Translations under genes and position numbers: made by a program
Origin: Stellaceae bacterium
GTDB taxonomy: Bacteria; Pseudomonadota; Alphaproteobacteria; ATCC43930; CGMCC-115725
Assembly: GCA_035552135.1 (NCBI GenBank)
Contig: DASZLY010000338.1
Location: 1 to 53,299, forward strand
Length of the DNA: 53,299 bases
Direction: 5' to 3'
In this document: positions 27,898-36,979 of the stretch, piece after piece
Position numbering within the stretch: position 1 is the stretch's first letter
Layout of the letters: every line of letters starts with the position of its first letter
Notes under the pieces: model-generated
What the model saw: the letters and a program-made list of their open reading frames with translations, nothing else
What the model was told of the DNA's origin: nothing
Databases searched by the model: none

Positions 27898-27960
27898 CAC
27901 GCTCGCATCGCCCCCGTCACTTGCCGGTAAGTTACCCGGCACCGTGTCTTTTGCCAACCG

Positions 27961-28593
27961 CTAACCATGCACCCGGAACGGGTTGAGCGCCTTCAGCCGC
28001 GCCGTCCAGACATGGCGGCGCAGCTCGTGGCGCACCACGTTATCGTCCGTCACCCAGTTGAGTTGCACCGACTGGCGCTTGCCGATATGCGCCTGGTGGC
28101 CGTGGAATGACGATGCGCTGCGCCGGAAGGCGAGCATCGTCCCGGCGAGCGGCGCAATTTCGGCGGCGTAGTCCTCGAGATCGCCCGGCCCGCGCAGCAC
28201 CCGGAGCCGTCCAGCCGGGTCGTCCCATGCGTGGTTCATATAGATCAGCAAGGTGATCAGCTTGGTCGCCGAATCCGTGTGGATCGCGCCATCCTTGCCA
28301 TCGCTGTAGCCGCGCAGCGTGATCATGGTCGGCCGGCCGGCGAGGTCGAGCGCGAATTTATCTTCGATCGCACGGCGCACCGCCTCGCCTTCGAGTTCGC
28401 GCATGAGCCGCACGAAAAGCGGCGGGGCGGCGACCGTCGAAAGCGGGTAGCTGCCATGGCCGGGAACCGCGGGAAACGCGTCGACCAGCGCCGGTGCGCT
28501 ATCGGCGGCGAAAAAATTCTCGACGATGACATGGTCGTACGGGTCGCGGCAGAGCGGCGCATCGCGCAGCCGGGCGAGATCGAGCAGGGTCAT
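27961..28593 (-). CDS. 2OG-Fe(II) oxygenase family protein
   Basis: ORF 27961..28593; GAIHTDS (HxD) and SSFHGH distal His; 3-nt gap to the PagL-like ORF. Confidence 0.75.
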   Translation of the reverse strand: MTLLDLARLRDAPLCRDPYDHVIVENFFAADSAPALVDAFPAVPGHGSYPLSTVAAPPLFVRLMRELEGEAVRRAIEDKFALDLAGRPTMITLRGYSDGKDGAIHTDSATKLITLLIYMNHAWDDPAGRLRVLRGPGDLEDYAAEIAPLAGTMLAFRRSASSFHGHQAHIGKRQSVQLNWVTDDNVVRHELRRHVWTARLKALNPFRVHG

Positions 28594-28733
28594 CGCCTGG
28601 CATCATCGCCGTTTTCGCGGCAGACGCAATCCCGTCGCGCGAGCGCGCCGCGATGGGCAATTCGCCGCTCGCCGCCGACGCCGCTCTGGGGTAGAGGTAG
28701 CGCCGCCAACCGCAACCGTACCGACGAGAGGTC

Positions 28734-30488
28734 ATGGAACAGCGCTGGGGCCTGCCCCTCATCGCCTGGCCCTCGCGGCTGCGCCCGAATTACTGGGACC
28801 TGGTGGCCCTGCCGCTAGTGCTCGGACTGATCGCGCTGGTCTGCTGGGGCGGCATGGCGATGGGGGCGCATTATCAAATCGGCGACGCGCTGCCGATCAG
28901 CCTCGATCCGTGGAAATTGCCGCAATACGCGCTGCGCACGGTGTTGCGCATGGGCGCGGCGCTCGTCGCCTCGCTGCTGTTCAGCCTTGCCTATGCGGCG
29001 CTCGCGGCGAAGAGCCGGTCGGCCGAGAAGATCCTCATCCCGGTGCTCGACATCCTGCAATCGGTGCCGATCCTCGGCTTCCTGTCGATCACCGTGACCG
29101 GCTTCATCGCGCTGTTCCCCGGCCGGCTCCTGGGCGTCGAGTGCGCCGCGATCTTTGCGATCTTCACCTCGCAAGCCTGGAACATGACGTTCAGCCTCTA
29201 CCAGTCGCTTCGCACCGTGCCGGGCGAGCTGGTCGAGGCGGCGCGGATGTACCACCTATCGACATGGCAGCGGTTCTGGCGCCTCGAAGTGCCGCACGGC
29301 ATCCCGGCGCTGGTGTGGAACATGATGATGTCGGTGTCGGGCGGCTGGTTTTTCGTCGTCGCCTCGGAGGCGATCACCGTCTCCGGCCAGACGATCATGC
29401 TGCCGGGCATCGGCTCGTATATCGCCACCGCGATCCAGCAACGCAATCTCGGCGCGATCGGCTACGCGGTGCTGGTCATGCTGGTCGTCATCATTCTCTA
29501 CGACCAGCTGCTGTTCCGGCCGCTGCTCGCCTGGTCGCAGAAATTCAAGGACACGCTCGGCGACGACGAGGACAACGTACGCCCGTGGTTCCTGATGGTG
29601 ATGCAGCGGGCGCAGCTCTTCGATCTGGTGCAGGCCGGGGTGCTCGGCCTCAACCGCGGCGTCGACAATATCTTTACCGTGCTTGGCCGTGCCCGGAAGC
29701 TGCGCCGCTGGACGGCACGGCCGCGCGAGGCCGTACCCGCGCCAAACTGGATCGAGCGGGCGTTCGACATCGTCCTGCTGCTCGCGACGCTGACGCTGAT
29801 TGTCTGGCTGGTGAGATTCATCCTCGCGACCGTGACGCCGGGCGAGATCGGCTGGACCTTTGTCCTCGGCGCGATCACCGCAACGCGCGTCCTGGTGCTG
29901 ATCGCCGTCGCTTCCTTGATCTGGGTGCCGATCGGCGTGTGGATCGGCCTGCACCCGCGGGTTGCCGACCGTGCCCAGCCGATCGTGCAGTTTCTCGCCG
30001 CCTTTCCGGCCAATCTGTTTTTCCCGGCGGCGGTCGTGCTGATCCTGCGGTTCAGCCTCAACCCGGAAATCTGGCTGGCCCCGCTGATGATCCTCGGGAC
30101 CCAGTGGTACATCCTGTTCAATGTGATCGGCGGCACGATTTCGCTGCCGACGGAACTGCGGCTGGCGGCGAGCAATCTCGGCGTGCGCAACTGGCTGTGG
30201 TGGCGGCGGGTCATGCTGCCGGCGATCTTCCCGGCCTACGTCACCGGCGCGGTGACCGCGGCGGGCGGCTCGTGGAACGCCAGCATCGTCTCCGAGGTCG
30301 TGCAATGGGGCAGCACGACGTTGACCGCCACCGGGCTCGGCGCCTATATCGCCCGCTATACCGCCGAGGGCGACGCGGCGCGGATCACCTTGGGGATCGG
30401 CGTGTTGTGCCTCTATGTGCTCGCCTTCAATCGGCTGTTGTGGCGGCGGCTTTACAATATGGCAGCGGAGCGGCTGAGACTTGACTGA
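28734..30488 (+). CDS. ABC transporter permease, duplicated BPD-type domains (NitT/TauT family)
   Basis: ORF 28734..30488; about 12 TM; two repeats of the permease fold; GAGAGG SD. Confidence 0.85.
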   Translation: MEQRWGLPLIAWPSRLRPNYWDLVALPLVLGLIALVCWGGMAMGAHYQIGDALPISLDPWKLPQYALRTVLRMGAALVASLLFSLAYAALAAKSRSAEKILIPVLDILQSVPILGFLSITVTGFIALFPGRLLGVECAAIFAIFTSQAWNMTFSLYQSLRTVPGELVEAARMYHLSTWQRFWRLEVPHGIPALVWNMMMSVSGGWFFVVASEAITVSGQTIMLPGIGSYIATAIQQRNLGAIGYAVLVMLVVIILYDQLLFRPLLAWSQKFKDTLGDDEDNVRPWFLMVMQRAQLFDLVQAGVLGLNRGVDNIFTVLGRARKLRRWTARPREAVPAPNWIERAFDIVLLLATLTLIVWLVRFILATVTPGEIGWTFVLGAITATRVLVLIAVASLIWVPIGVWIGLHPRVADRAQPIVQFLAAFPANLFFPAAVVLILRFSLNPEIWLAPLMILGTQWYILFNVIGGTISLPTELRLAASNLGVRNWLWWRRVMLPAIFPAYVTGAVTAAGGSWNASIVSEVVQWGSTTLTATGLGAYIARYTAEGDAARITLGIGVLCLYVLAFNRLLWRRLYNMAAERLRLD

Positions 30489-31830
30489 CGCGATTGCAGC
30501 CCCGAGCGAAAGCCGGCAGGCGGCCGCCCTGGCGGGCGACCCGCAGCCGCTGCTGCGCGCCGCCGCGGTCTGCAAGACCTATCGCACGCCCGACCATATC
30601 GGCCGGCTGGTGCTCGACCGTCTCGACTTCACGCTGCGCGAGGGCGAGATCGTCGCGATCCTCGGCAAGTCGGGTTCGGGCAAATCGACCTTCCTGCGCA
30701 TCCTCGCCGGGCTGATCCCACCGAGCGACGGCGGCGTCCACTACCGCGGCCAGTCGGTGCGCGAACCGGCTCAGGGCATCGCAATGGTGTTCCAGAGTTT
30801 CGCGCTGTTTCCGTGGCTGACGGTGCTCGGCAATGTCGAGCTCGGGCTCGAGGCGAAGGGGATCAGCGCCGCCGAGCGCCGCCGACTCGCCGTCGAGGCG
30901 ATCGACCTCATCGGCCTCGACGGGTTCGAAAACGCCTATCCCAAGGAATTGTCGGGTGGGATGCGGCAGCGCGTCGGCTTTGCCCGCGCGCTCGTCGTCA
31001 ACCCCGACATCCTGCTGCTCGACGAACCCTTCTCGGCGCTCGACGTGCTCACTGCCGAGACCTTGCGCAATGACCTCCTCGATCTGTGGAGCGAGAGCAA
31101 AATCCCGACCAAGGGCATCCTGATGGTCTCGCACAATATCGAGGAGGCGGTCGAGATGGCCGACCGCATCCTCATCTTCGGCAGCGATCCCGGGCGCATC
31201 AACGCGGAGATCCCGGTGCCGATGGCGCATCCGCGGGTGTGGGACAGCCCGCAATTCCGCCAGATCGTCGACCAGGTCTACGGCCTGTTGACCACGGTGC
31301 CCGGCCGCGACGGCAGGCGCGGCGCCAAGCCCGAGCCGATCGGCGTCGGCTACCGCCTGCCCGATGCGGCGGTGCAGCAGCTGACCGGCCTGATCGACAG
31401 CCTGACCGAACCGCCGTTTCACGGCCATGCCGACTTGCCGCATCTGGCGGACGAAGTGCAGCTCAACGACGACGAGCTGTTCCCGCTATTGGAGGCGCTG
31501 CAGCTTTTGGGCTTTGCGCATGTCAGCGGCGGCGATATCGACCTGACCGCGCCGGGCCGGCACTATGCCGATGCCGACATGCAGGAGCGCAAGCAGAGTT
31601 TCGCCGACGCGGTGATGCGGAACATCCCGCTCGCCGCGCATATCCGGCGGGTGCTCGACGAGCGGCCCGGACATCGCGCGCCGGCCGCGCGTTTCCTGCG
31701 CGAGCTGGAGGATCACCTCTCCGAAGAAGAGGCCGAGCGCGTGTTCGACACCCTCATCAACTGGGGCCGGCACGCGGAAATCTTTGCCTATGATGCCGAC
31801 GACGGCGTGCTCAGCCTGGAAAACTTTTAG
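30481..31830 (+). CDS. ABC transporter ATP-binding protein with C-terminal AAA-associated domain (NitT/TauT family)
   Basis: ORF 30481..31830 (TTG start overlapping the permease stop); GKSGSGKST, LSGGMRQRVGFARAL, ILLLDEPFSALD; about 190-aa extra C-terminal domain. Confidence 0.85.
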   Translation: MTDAIAAPSESRQAAALAGDPQPLLRAAAVCKTYRTPDHIGRLVLDRLDFTLREGEIVAILGKSGSGKSTFLRILAGLIPPSDGGVHYRGQSVREPAQGIAMVFQSFALFPWLTVLGNVELGLEAKGISAAERRRLAVEAIDLIGLDGFENAYPKELSGGMRQRVGFARALVVNPDILLLDEPFSALDVLTAETLRNDLLDLWSESKIPTKGILMVSHNIEEAVEMADRILIFGSDPGRINAEIPVPMAHPRVWDSPQFRQIVDQVYGLLTTVPGRDGRRGAKPEPIGVGYRLPDAAVQQLTGLIDSLTEPPFHGHADLPHLADEVQLNDDELFPLLEALQLLGFAHVSGGDIDLTAPGRHYADADMQERKQSFADAVMRNIPLAAHIRRVLDERPGHRAPAARFLRELEDHLSEEEAERVFDTLINWGRHAEIFAYDADDGVLSLENF

Positions 31831-31836
31831 CGCTGC

Positions 31837-31897
31837 GGACCGCTTGCGTCTCGCCCGCCCGGCGGCATCAAGAAAGCGGGCGAGACGCAAGCGGTCC
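31837..31897. terminator. 22-bp perfect inverted repeat between convergent genes (possible bidirectional terminator or RNA-stability hairpin)
   Basis: ggaccgcttgcgtctcgcccgc (31837-31858) and gcgggcgagacgcaagcggtcc (31876-31897), 17-nt loop, no U-tract on either side. Confidence 0.5.
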
Positions 31898-32364
31898 TAC
31901 ATCCGCATCTCGGCCAGCGCGACCTGCGGCGGCATCAGCCAGGCGTAGAACGTGTCGCGGCGGAACTCGGTGCGGTCGCCGCTCGACATCAAGGTCGGGT
32001 CGTCGAGGATCTTGATGTAGACCGTCTGCCCGGCGGCGAGCGTCACGTCGCGGGTCTGGTTGGTGTCCTGGCCAAAGCTCTCGGGTGAGATGTGGTACGG
32101 CCCGGGCGCCACATCGACAAAGACCGGCGGCCCGCTAGGCGCCACCGACGCCGCCCGGGCGCCGTTGAGATCGACATTCGCGAGGTTGCGGCTGAGCGAC
32201 GGGTCGTAGACTCTGTAGAACCAGATGCGCGCTGCGCCGGGCGCGACCGGCCCCGGCGGGGCGGCGGCCATTTGTTGCGGCACCGCGCAACCGGCGAGAA
32301 GCACCAGCCCGGCAAGCGCTCCGGCGCGCTTTATCAGCTTTGCCGGATTGAGGGCGATCGTCAT
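31897..32364 (-). CDS. DUF2846-like lipoprotein
   Basis: ORF 31897..32364; LVLLAGC lipobox. Confidence 0.7.
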   Translation of the reverse strand: MTIALNPAKLIKRAGALAGLVLLAGCAVPQQMAAAPPGPVAPGAARIWFYRVYDPSLSRNLANVDLNGARAASVAPSGPPVFVDVAPGPYHISPESFGQDTNQTRDVTLAAGQTVYIKILDDPTLMSSGDRTEFRRDTFYAWLMPPQVALAEMRM

Positions 32365-32546
32365 GTGCCTTCCTCCTCTCTGCTCGTCCGGGGGCGGCGC
32401 CCGCGCTTCGCGACAGCCACGTTTACGACAGTTGGACCGGGACGCCCTGCGGAAGGTCGGCCCTCACTAAACCGAACCGCGACAAATTGGCAAAACACAC
32501 TTTCGCGACAGCACCCGGCGGTTTCTGGAATGCCGCGCGGCGGCGC

Positions 32547-32552
32547 TATAAT
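32547..32552 (+). promoter_or_regulatory. Perfect TATAAT -10 hexamer, candidate promoter of the small lipoprotein gene
   Basis: tataat at 32547-32552, 39 nt upstream of ATG 32591. The -35 is poor (ctggaa/tggaat). Confidence 0.3.
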
Positions 32553-32590
32553 GTAGTGGCCGCAAGTCGCCACCACCGGGGTTTTCGAGC

Positions 32591-32857
32591 ATGCGTTACC
32601 TTTTGCCGCTGATCGCCGTCGTGCTCGCCGGCTGCGCGCAAGGCCAGTCTGATTTCACCCGCATCGGCGAGCGGTCGTTCCGGATTGAAAGCCAGCCGAT
32701 CCCCGGCGGCGCGACGGGCCCCAACCAGCGCCTGGCGCAGCAGCTTTGCCCCGCCGGCTATCGCGTGCTCGACTCGAAATCGAACAAAGGCGGCGTCGAC
32801 CGGGCGATCTACGACGAGCAGAACACCACCACGGTCTGGGTCATCAAATGCATCTAG
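32591..32857 (+). CDS. Small lipoprotein, unknown function
   Basis: ORF 32591..32857; MRYLLPLIAVVLAGC lipobox. Confidence 0.65.
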   Translation: MRYLLPLIAVVLAGCAQGQSDFTRIGERSFRIESQPIPGGATGPNQRLAQQLCPAGYRVLDSKSNKGGVDRAIYDEQNTTTVWVIKCI

Positions 32858-33256
32858 TCAGCTTTTGACTGAAGACCGGTTCAGGGCGACAGCCGCTAGA
32901 ACCAGCGCCTTAAAGGCATCGCCGTCGATTTCTTCGCCCTCGTGAAGGTCGATGGCGCGCCTGGTATTGCCTTCGAGGCCGGCGTTGAACAGACCTGAAG
33001 GGTCGTCGAGCGCGGCGCCCTTGGCGAAGGTCAGCTTTACGACGCTTTTGTATGTCTCGCCGGTGCAGATGATCCCCTTGTGCGACCACACTGGAACGCC
33101 GCGCCACTTCCACTCCTCGACCACGTCTGGGTCGGCCTCTTTGATGAGCGCGCGGACATGCGCAAGCGACCGGCCCCGCCAGTCGCCCAGTTCCGCGATC
33201 CGCGAGTCGATCAGCCGGGAGGGAGTCTCGCCCGCAGTCGTCACGCGGGTTTTCAT
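32858..33256 (-). CDS. DUF1801 (YdhG-like) domain protein
   Basis: ATG 33256 in ORF 32858..33355, ATGA overlap with the lysS stop; ..WRGRSLAHVRALIKEADPDVVEEWKWRGVPVWSH. Confidence 0.75.
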   Translation of the reverse strand: MKTRVTTAGETPSRLIDSRIAELGDWRGRSLAHVRALIKEADPDVVEEWKWRGVPVWSHKGIICTGETYKSVVKLTFAKGAALDDPSGLFNAGLEGNTRRAIDLHEGEEIDGDAFKALVLAAVALNRSSVKS

Positions 33257-34725
33257 CGCGGCCGCATCGTTGGAAAGGCGATGACGTCGCGGATCGACGG
33301 GCTGTCGGTCAGCAGCATGACAAGCCGGTCGATGCCGATGCCGAGCCCGCCACACGGCGGCAACCCGTATTCGAGCGCCGTGACGTAATCCTCGTCGAGC
33401 GGCTGCGCCTCCTCGTCGCCGGCGGCGCGCGCCTGCATCTGCGCCTCGAAGCGGCTGCGCTGGTCGATTGGGTCGTTGAGCTCGGAGAACGCGTTCGCGA
33501 CTTCCCAGCCGTAGATGTAGGTCTCGAACCGCTCGACGAGACGCGGGTCGTTGCGGTCGGCCTTGGCGAGCGGCGAGATGTCGCGCGGAAAGCCGGTGAC
33601 ATGCACCGGCTGGATCAGCGAATCCTCGACCCGCGCGGCAAACGCCGCTTCGAGCGCGTGGCCCCAGCTCGGCACGTCCGGGTCGATCTGCAGCCGGCGC
33701 AGCGCATCGCGGGCGCCGCCGGCGTCGAGCGCCAGGAAATCGATCCCGGTCGCCGCCTCGACCAGCGCGGCCATCGTGCGCCGCGGCCAGGGCGGCGCGA
33801 GGTCGATCGTCGTGCCGCCGTACTCGATCGTCGAACCGCCGGTCACGGCCGTCGCGAGATGCGCGACCAGCGTCTCGGTCAGCTGCATCATCGCCGTGTA
33901 GTCGACATAGGCGACGTAGATTTCGAGCGAGGTGAATTCCGGGTTGTGGCGCGGCGACAGCCCCTCGTTGCGGAAGCAGCGGTTGATCTCGAAGACGCCG
34001 TCGGCGAGCCCGCCGACGATCAGCCGCTTCAGATGCAATTCGGGCGCGATGCGCAGATAAAGCTCGATGTCGAGCGCGTTGTGATGCGTCACGAACGGCT
34101 TCGCCGAGGCGCCACCCTGGATCGCATGCAGCATCGGCGTCTCGACCTCGAGATAGCCGCGTGCGGCGAGGAAGGCGCGCATCTCGCTGACCACCCGGCT
34201 GCGCCGGCGCAGCGTCTCGCGGCTTTGCGGGTTGACGATCAGGTCGACATAGCGCTGGCGATAGCGCGTCTCGATATCGGCGAGGCCGTGAAACTTCTCG
34301 GGCAGCGGCCGCAGCGCCTTGGCGAGCACGGTGACAGACGCAGCATTGACCGTCAGCTCGCCGCGCGGGGTACGGCGCACCTGGCCCTCGACGCCGATTA
34401 CATCGCCGATATCGAGCAGCTTCAACAGCGCCAGCCCCTCGGCGGAGAGAAAATCCTTGTGGCCGAAAATCTGGATCTTGCCCGATGCATCGTGCAGGTC
34501 GATGAACATCCCGCTGTTGCGGATCGCCCGGATGCGCCCGGCGACGCGCACCGTGTCGCCGGTATCGGTGCCGACCGGCAGCTCGGCATAGCGCGCGTCG
34601 AGCGCCGCCGCCTCGTCGCTGCGCGCGAAGGCGACCGGGTATGGGTCGACCCCGAGCGCGCGCAGCGCCTCCAGCTTCGAGAGCCGAACCGCGCGCAGCG
34701 GGTCGTCCCCGGTACCGTCATTCAT
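33253..34725 (-). CDS. lysS: Lysine-tRNA ligase, class II
   Basis: ATG 34725 in ORF 33253..35202; RYRQRYVDLI, FLEVETPML, INRCFRNEG, GLGIGIDRLVMLLT class II motifs. Confidence 0.95.
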   Translation of the reverse strand: MNDGTGDDPLRAVRLSKLEALRALGVDPYPVAFARSDEAAALDARYAELPVGTDTGDTVRVAGRIRAIRNSGMFIDLHDASGKIQIFGHKDFLSAEGLALLKLLDIGDVIGVEGQVRRTPRGELTVNAASVTVLAKALRPLPEKFHGLADIETRYRQRYVDLIVNPQSRETLRRRSRVVSEMRAFLAARGYLEVETPMLHAIQGGASAKPFVTHHNALDIELYLRIAPELHLKRLIVGGLADGVFEINRCFRNEGLSPRHNPEFTSLEIYVAYVDYTAMMQLTETLVAHLATAVTGGSTIEYGGTTIDLAPPWPRRTMAALVEAATGIDFLALDAGGARDALRRLQIDPDVPSWGHALEAAFAARVEDSLIQPVHVTGFPRDISPLAKADRNDPRLVERFETYIYGWEVANAFSELNDPIDQRSRFEAQMQARAAGDEEAQPLDEDYVTALEYGLPPCGGLGIGIDRLVMLLTDSPSIRDVIAFPTMRPR

Positions 34726-34739
34726 GGCGTTTCTTTCCC

Positions 34740-36467
34740 TTATTTCGCCGCCGCTTCCGACACCTTCTCGCGTCCGAGATCGACGACCGCGCCGTGGAAG
34801 CGGGTCAGCGACCGGTGATGCCCGACGCTGACGATCGTCGGCCGCCAATCGGCTTCGCGCAACAGGCGATAAAGCTGGGTCTCCCCCGCTTCGTCGAGCG
34901 CCGAGGTCGCTTCGTCGAGGAACACGATCTGCGGCCGCGTCAGCAATACGCGGGCAAAACCCAGCCGCTGCTGCTCGCCGCCCGACAGGCGCTGCGCCCA
35001 ATTGCTGTCGTCGTCGAGGTGCTCGACGAGGTGCATGAGGCCGACGGCGCGCAGCGCGCTCCCCATCGTGTCGCGATCGGGGCGCACGTCGCCCGGGTAT
35101 TTGAGCGCGTCGGCCAACGTGCCGAGCGGCAGATAGGGCCGCTGCGGCAGGAACAGCACAGTGCCCTCGGCCAGCCGAATCCGGCCACGACCGAACGGCC
35201 ACAACCCGGCGATCGCGCGCAGCAGCGTGCTCTTGCCCGAGCCGGTCGGGCCGGTGATCAACACCGGGTTGTCGGCGCCGCCGACGAGCGACAGCTCGCG
35301 CTGCAGCGCGACGCCGTCGGGCAGGTCGAGATCGAGCCCGCCGACCTCGACGCCGGCGCCGCCGCGCGCGATGTTAATTGGGCGGTCGTGCTCCTGCACG
35401 TCGGCGATCGCCGAGATGCGCCCGTGGAAGCCGCTGAGGCGCTCGACCACCGCCTGGTATTCGGCGATCGAGGTGTAACTCGTGACGATGAACGACAGCG
35501 CGTCCTGCACCGAGCCGAATGCCGAGATCACCTGCATCAGTCCGCCCAATTGGATCTGCTTGGCGAAGAAGGACGGCGCCGAGACCAGGAACGGAAAGAT
35601 CACCGCGACCTGCGAATAGCCGGTGGTGAACCAGGACAGCCGCTTGCGCCGCCGTATGATATCCCACCAATTGCCGACCACCCGGCCGAAACGCCGGTCG
35701 AACACGCCATATTCGTGCCCCTCGCCACCATAGAAGGCGACGCTCTCGGCATGCTCGCGCAGGCGCACCAGGCTGAAGCGGAAATCCGCCTCGAACCGCT
35801 GCTGGTTGAACATCAGCCCGACCAGCGGTCGGCCGATCACCTGCGTCAGCCAGGTGCCGGCGGCGGCATAGATGAAAGCCGCGAAGACCAGATAGCCCGG
35901 GATCGCGATCGAATGCCCGCCGCCGAGCGGGATCGTCAGGGTCGGCGACAGGCTCCACAAGATCACGATGAACGAGCCCAGCGTCACCACCGAATTGAGC
36001 AGCCCGAGCGACAGGCTGAGGCTCAGCGAGGCAAAGCTGTCGAGGTCGTCGGCGATGCGCTGGTCGGGGTTGTCGGTCGTCGACTGGTCGATCTGGATGC
36101 GGTAATAGGCTTGATGGCTCAGCCAACCCTTGAGCGAGCGCTCGGTCAGCCAGCGGCGCCAGCGGATATGCAAAATCTGCCGCAGATAAAGCTGGTAGAC
36201 GCCGACCGCCACCCACACCGTGGCGAGCATGCAAAACACCGCGAACTGCCACAGGAAGCGCGGCCAATCGTATTCCTGCAACGCGTCGTAGAAATCGCGG
36301 TTCCACAGATTGAACCGCACGCTGAGGTAGACCGCGGCCAGATTGAGCACGACGACCGCGACAAGCAGCCCCGTCGCGCTCCATTTCTCGTCGCCGCGCC
36401 AATAGGGCCACGCCAGCTTCCACGCCTCGCGCAGAAAGCCCGCTTTCGCCAATGCCTTTCTCACCAT
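34740..36467 (-). CDS. ABC transporter ATP-binding/permease fusion (SbmA/BacA-related, YddA-like)
   Basis: ORF 34740..36497 (TTG); ATG 36467 more likely. NLWNRDFYDALQ.., TDNPDQRIADD; Walker A GPTGSGKST, LSGGEQQRLGFARV, VFLDEATSALD. Confidence 0.85.
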   Translation of the reverse strand: MVRKALAKAGFLREAWKLAWPYWRGDEKWSATGLLVAVVVLNLAAVYLSVRFNLWNRDFYDALQEYDWPRFLWQFAVFCMLATVWVAVGVYQLYLRQILHIRWRRWLTERSLKGWLSHQAYYRIQIDQSTTDNPDQRIADDLDSFASLSLSLSLGLLNSVVTLGSFIVILWSLSPTLTIPLGGGHSIAIPGYLVFAAFIYAAAGTWLTQVIGRPLVGLMFNQQRFEADFRFSLVRLREHAESVAFYGGEGHEYGVFDRRFGRVVGNWWDIIRRRKRLSWFTTGYSQVAVIFPFLVSAPSFFAKQIQLGGLMQVISAFGSVQDALSFIVTSYTSIAEYQAVVERLSGFHGRISAIADVQEHDRPINIARGGAGVEVGGLDLDLPDGVALQRELSLVGGADNPVLITGPTGSGKSTLLRAIAGLWPFGRGRIRLAEGTVLFLPQRPYLPLGTLADALKYPGDVRPDRDTMGSALRAVGLMHLVEHLDDDSNWAQRLSGGEQQRLGFARVLLTRPQIVFLDEATSALDEAGETQLYRLLREADWRPTIVSVGHHRSLTRFHGAVVDLGREKVSEAAAK

Positions 36468-36496
36468 CCCGTCACGCCTCTCCCGCCAATACCACA

Positions 36497-36979
36497 ATGA
36501 CCCGCGACCCCGCCGCGCCCGCCGGCGCGCTCTTCGCCGCTGAAACGCTTACCGCGGCGCTTCTCGCCCGCGGCGTCTGCCGCGCGTTGGAGCAGCTCGG
36601 CTATGCCAGTCTCCTCGAATTCCCGCTCGCCAATGGGCGGCGCGCCGACATCCTCGCCCTCGGCCGGGGCGGCGATCTCGTCATCGTCGAGATCAAAAGC
36701 TCGGTCGCGGATTTCCGCGCGGACCGCAAATGGGTCGAGTATCGCGATTTTGCCGACCGTTTCTATTTTGCCGTCCCAAACTATTTTCCCCCGGCGCTCA
36801 TCCCCGAGGATTGTGGCCTCATAGTGGCGGATGCGTTCTCCGCCTCGTTAATTCGCGACGGCGGCGGCGCCGCGCTGGCGCCGGGCCGGCGCCGGGCGCT
36901 GACGCTCCGCTTCGCGCTAGCCGCGGCGGCGCGGTTGCGCCGCCACCTCGACCCGCAAGCCGGCCTCGCCGGGTTCTGA
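36497..36979 (+). CDS. MmcB family DNA-repair protein (PD-(D/E)xK nuclease fold)
   Basis: ATG 36497 in ORF 36452..36979; RRADILALGRGGDLVIVEIKSSVADFRADRKW. Confidence 0.75.
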   Translation: MTRDPAAPAGALFAAETLTAALLARGVCRALEQLGYASLLEFPLANGRRADILALGRGGDLVIVEIKSSVADFRADRKWVEYRDFADRFYFAVPNYFPPALIPEDCGLIVADAFSASLIRDGGGAALAPGRRRALTLRFALAAAARLRRHLDPQAGLAGF

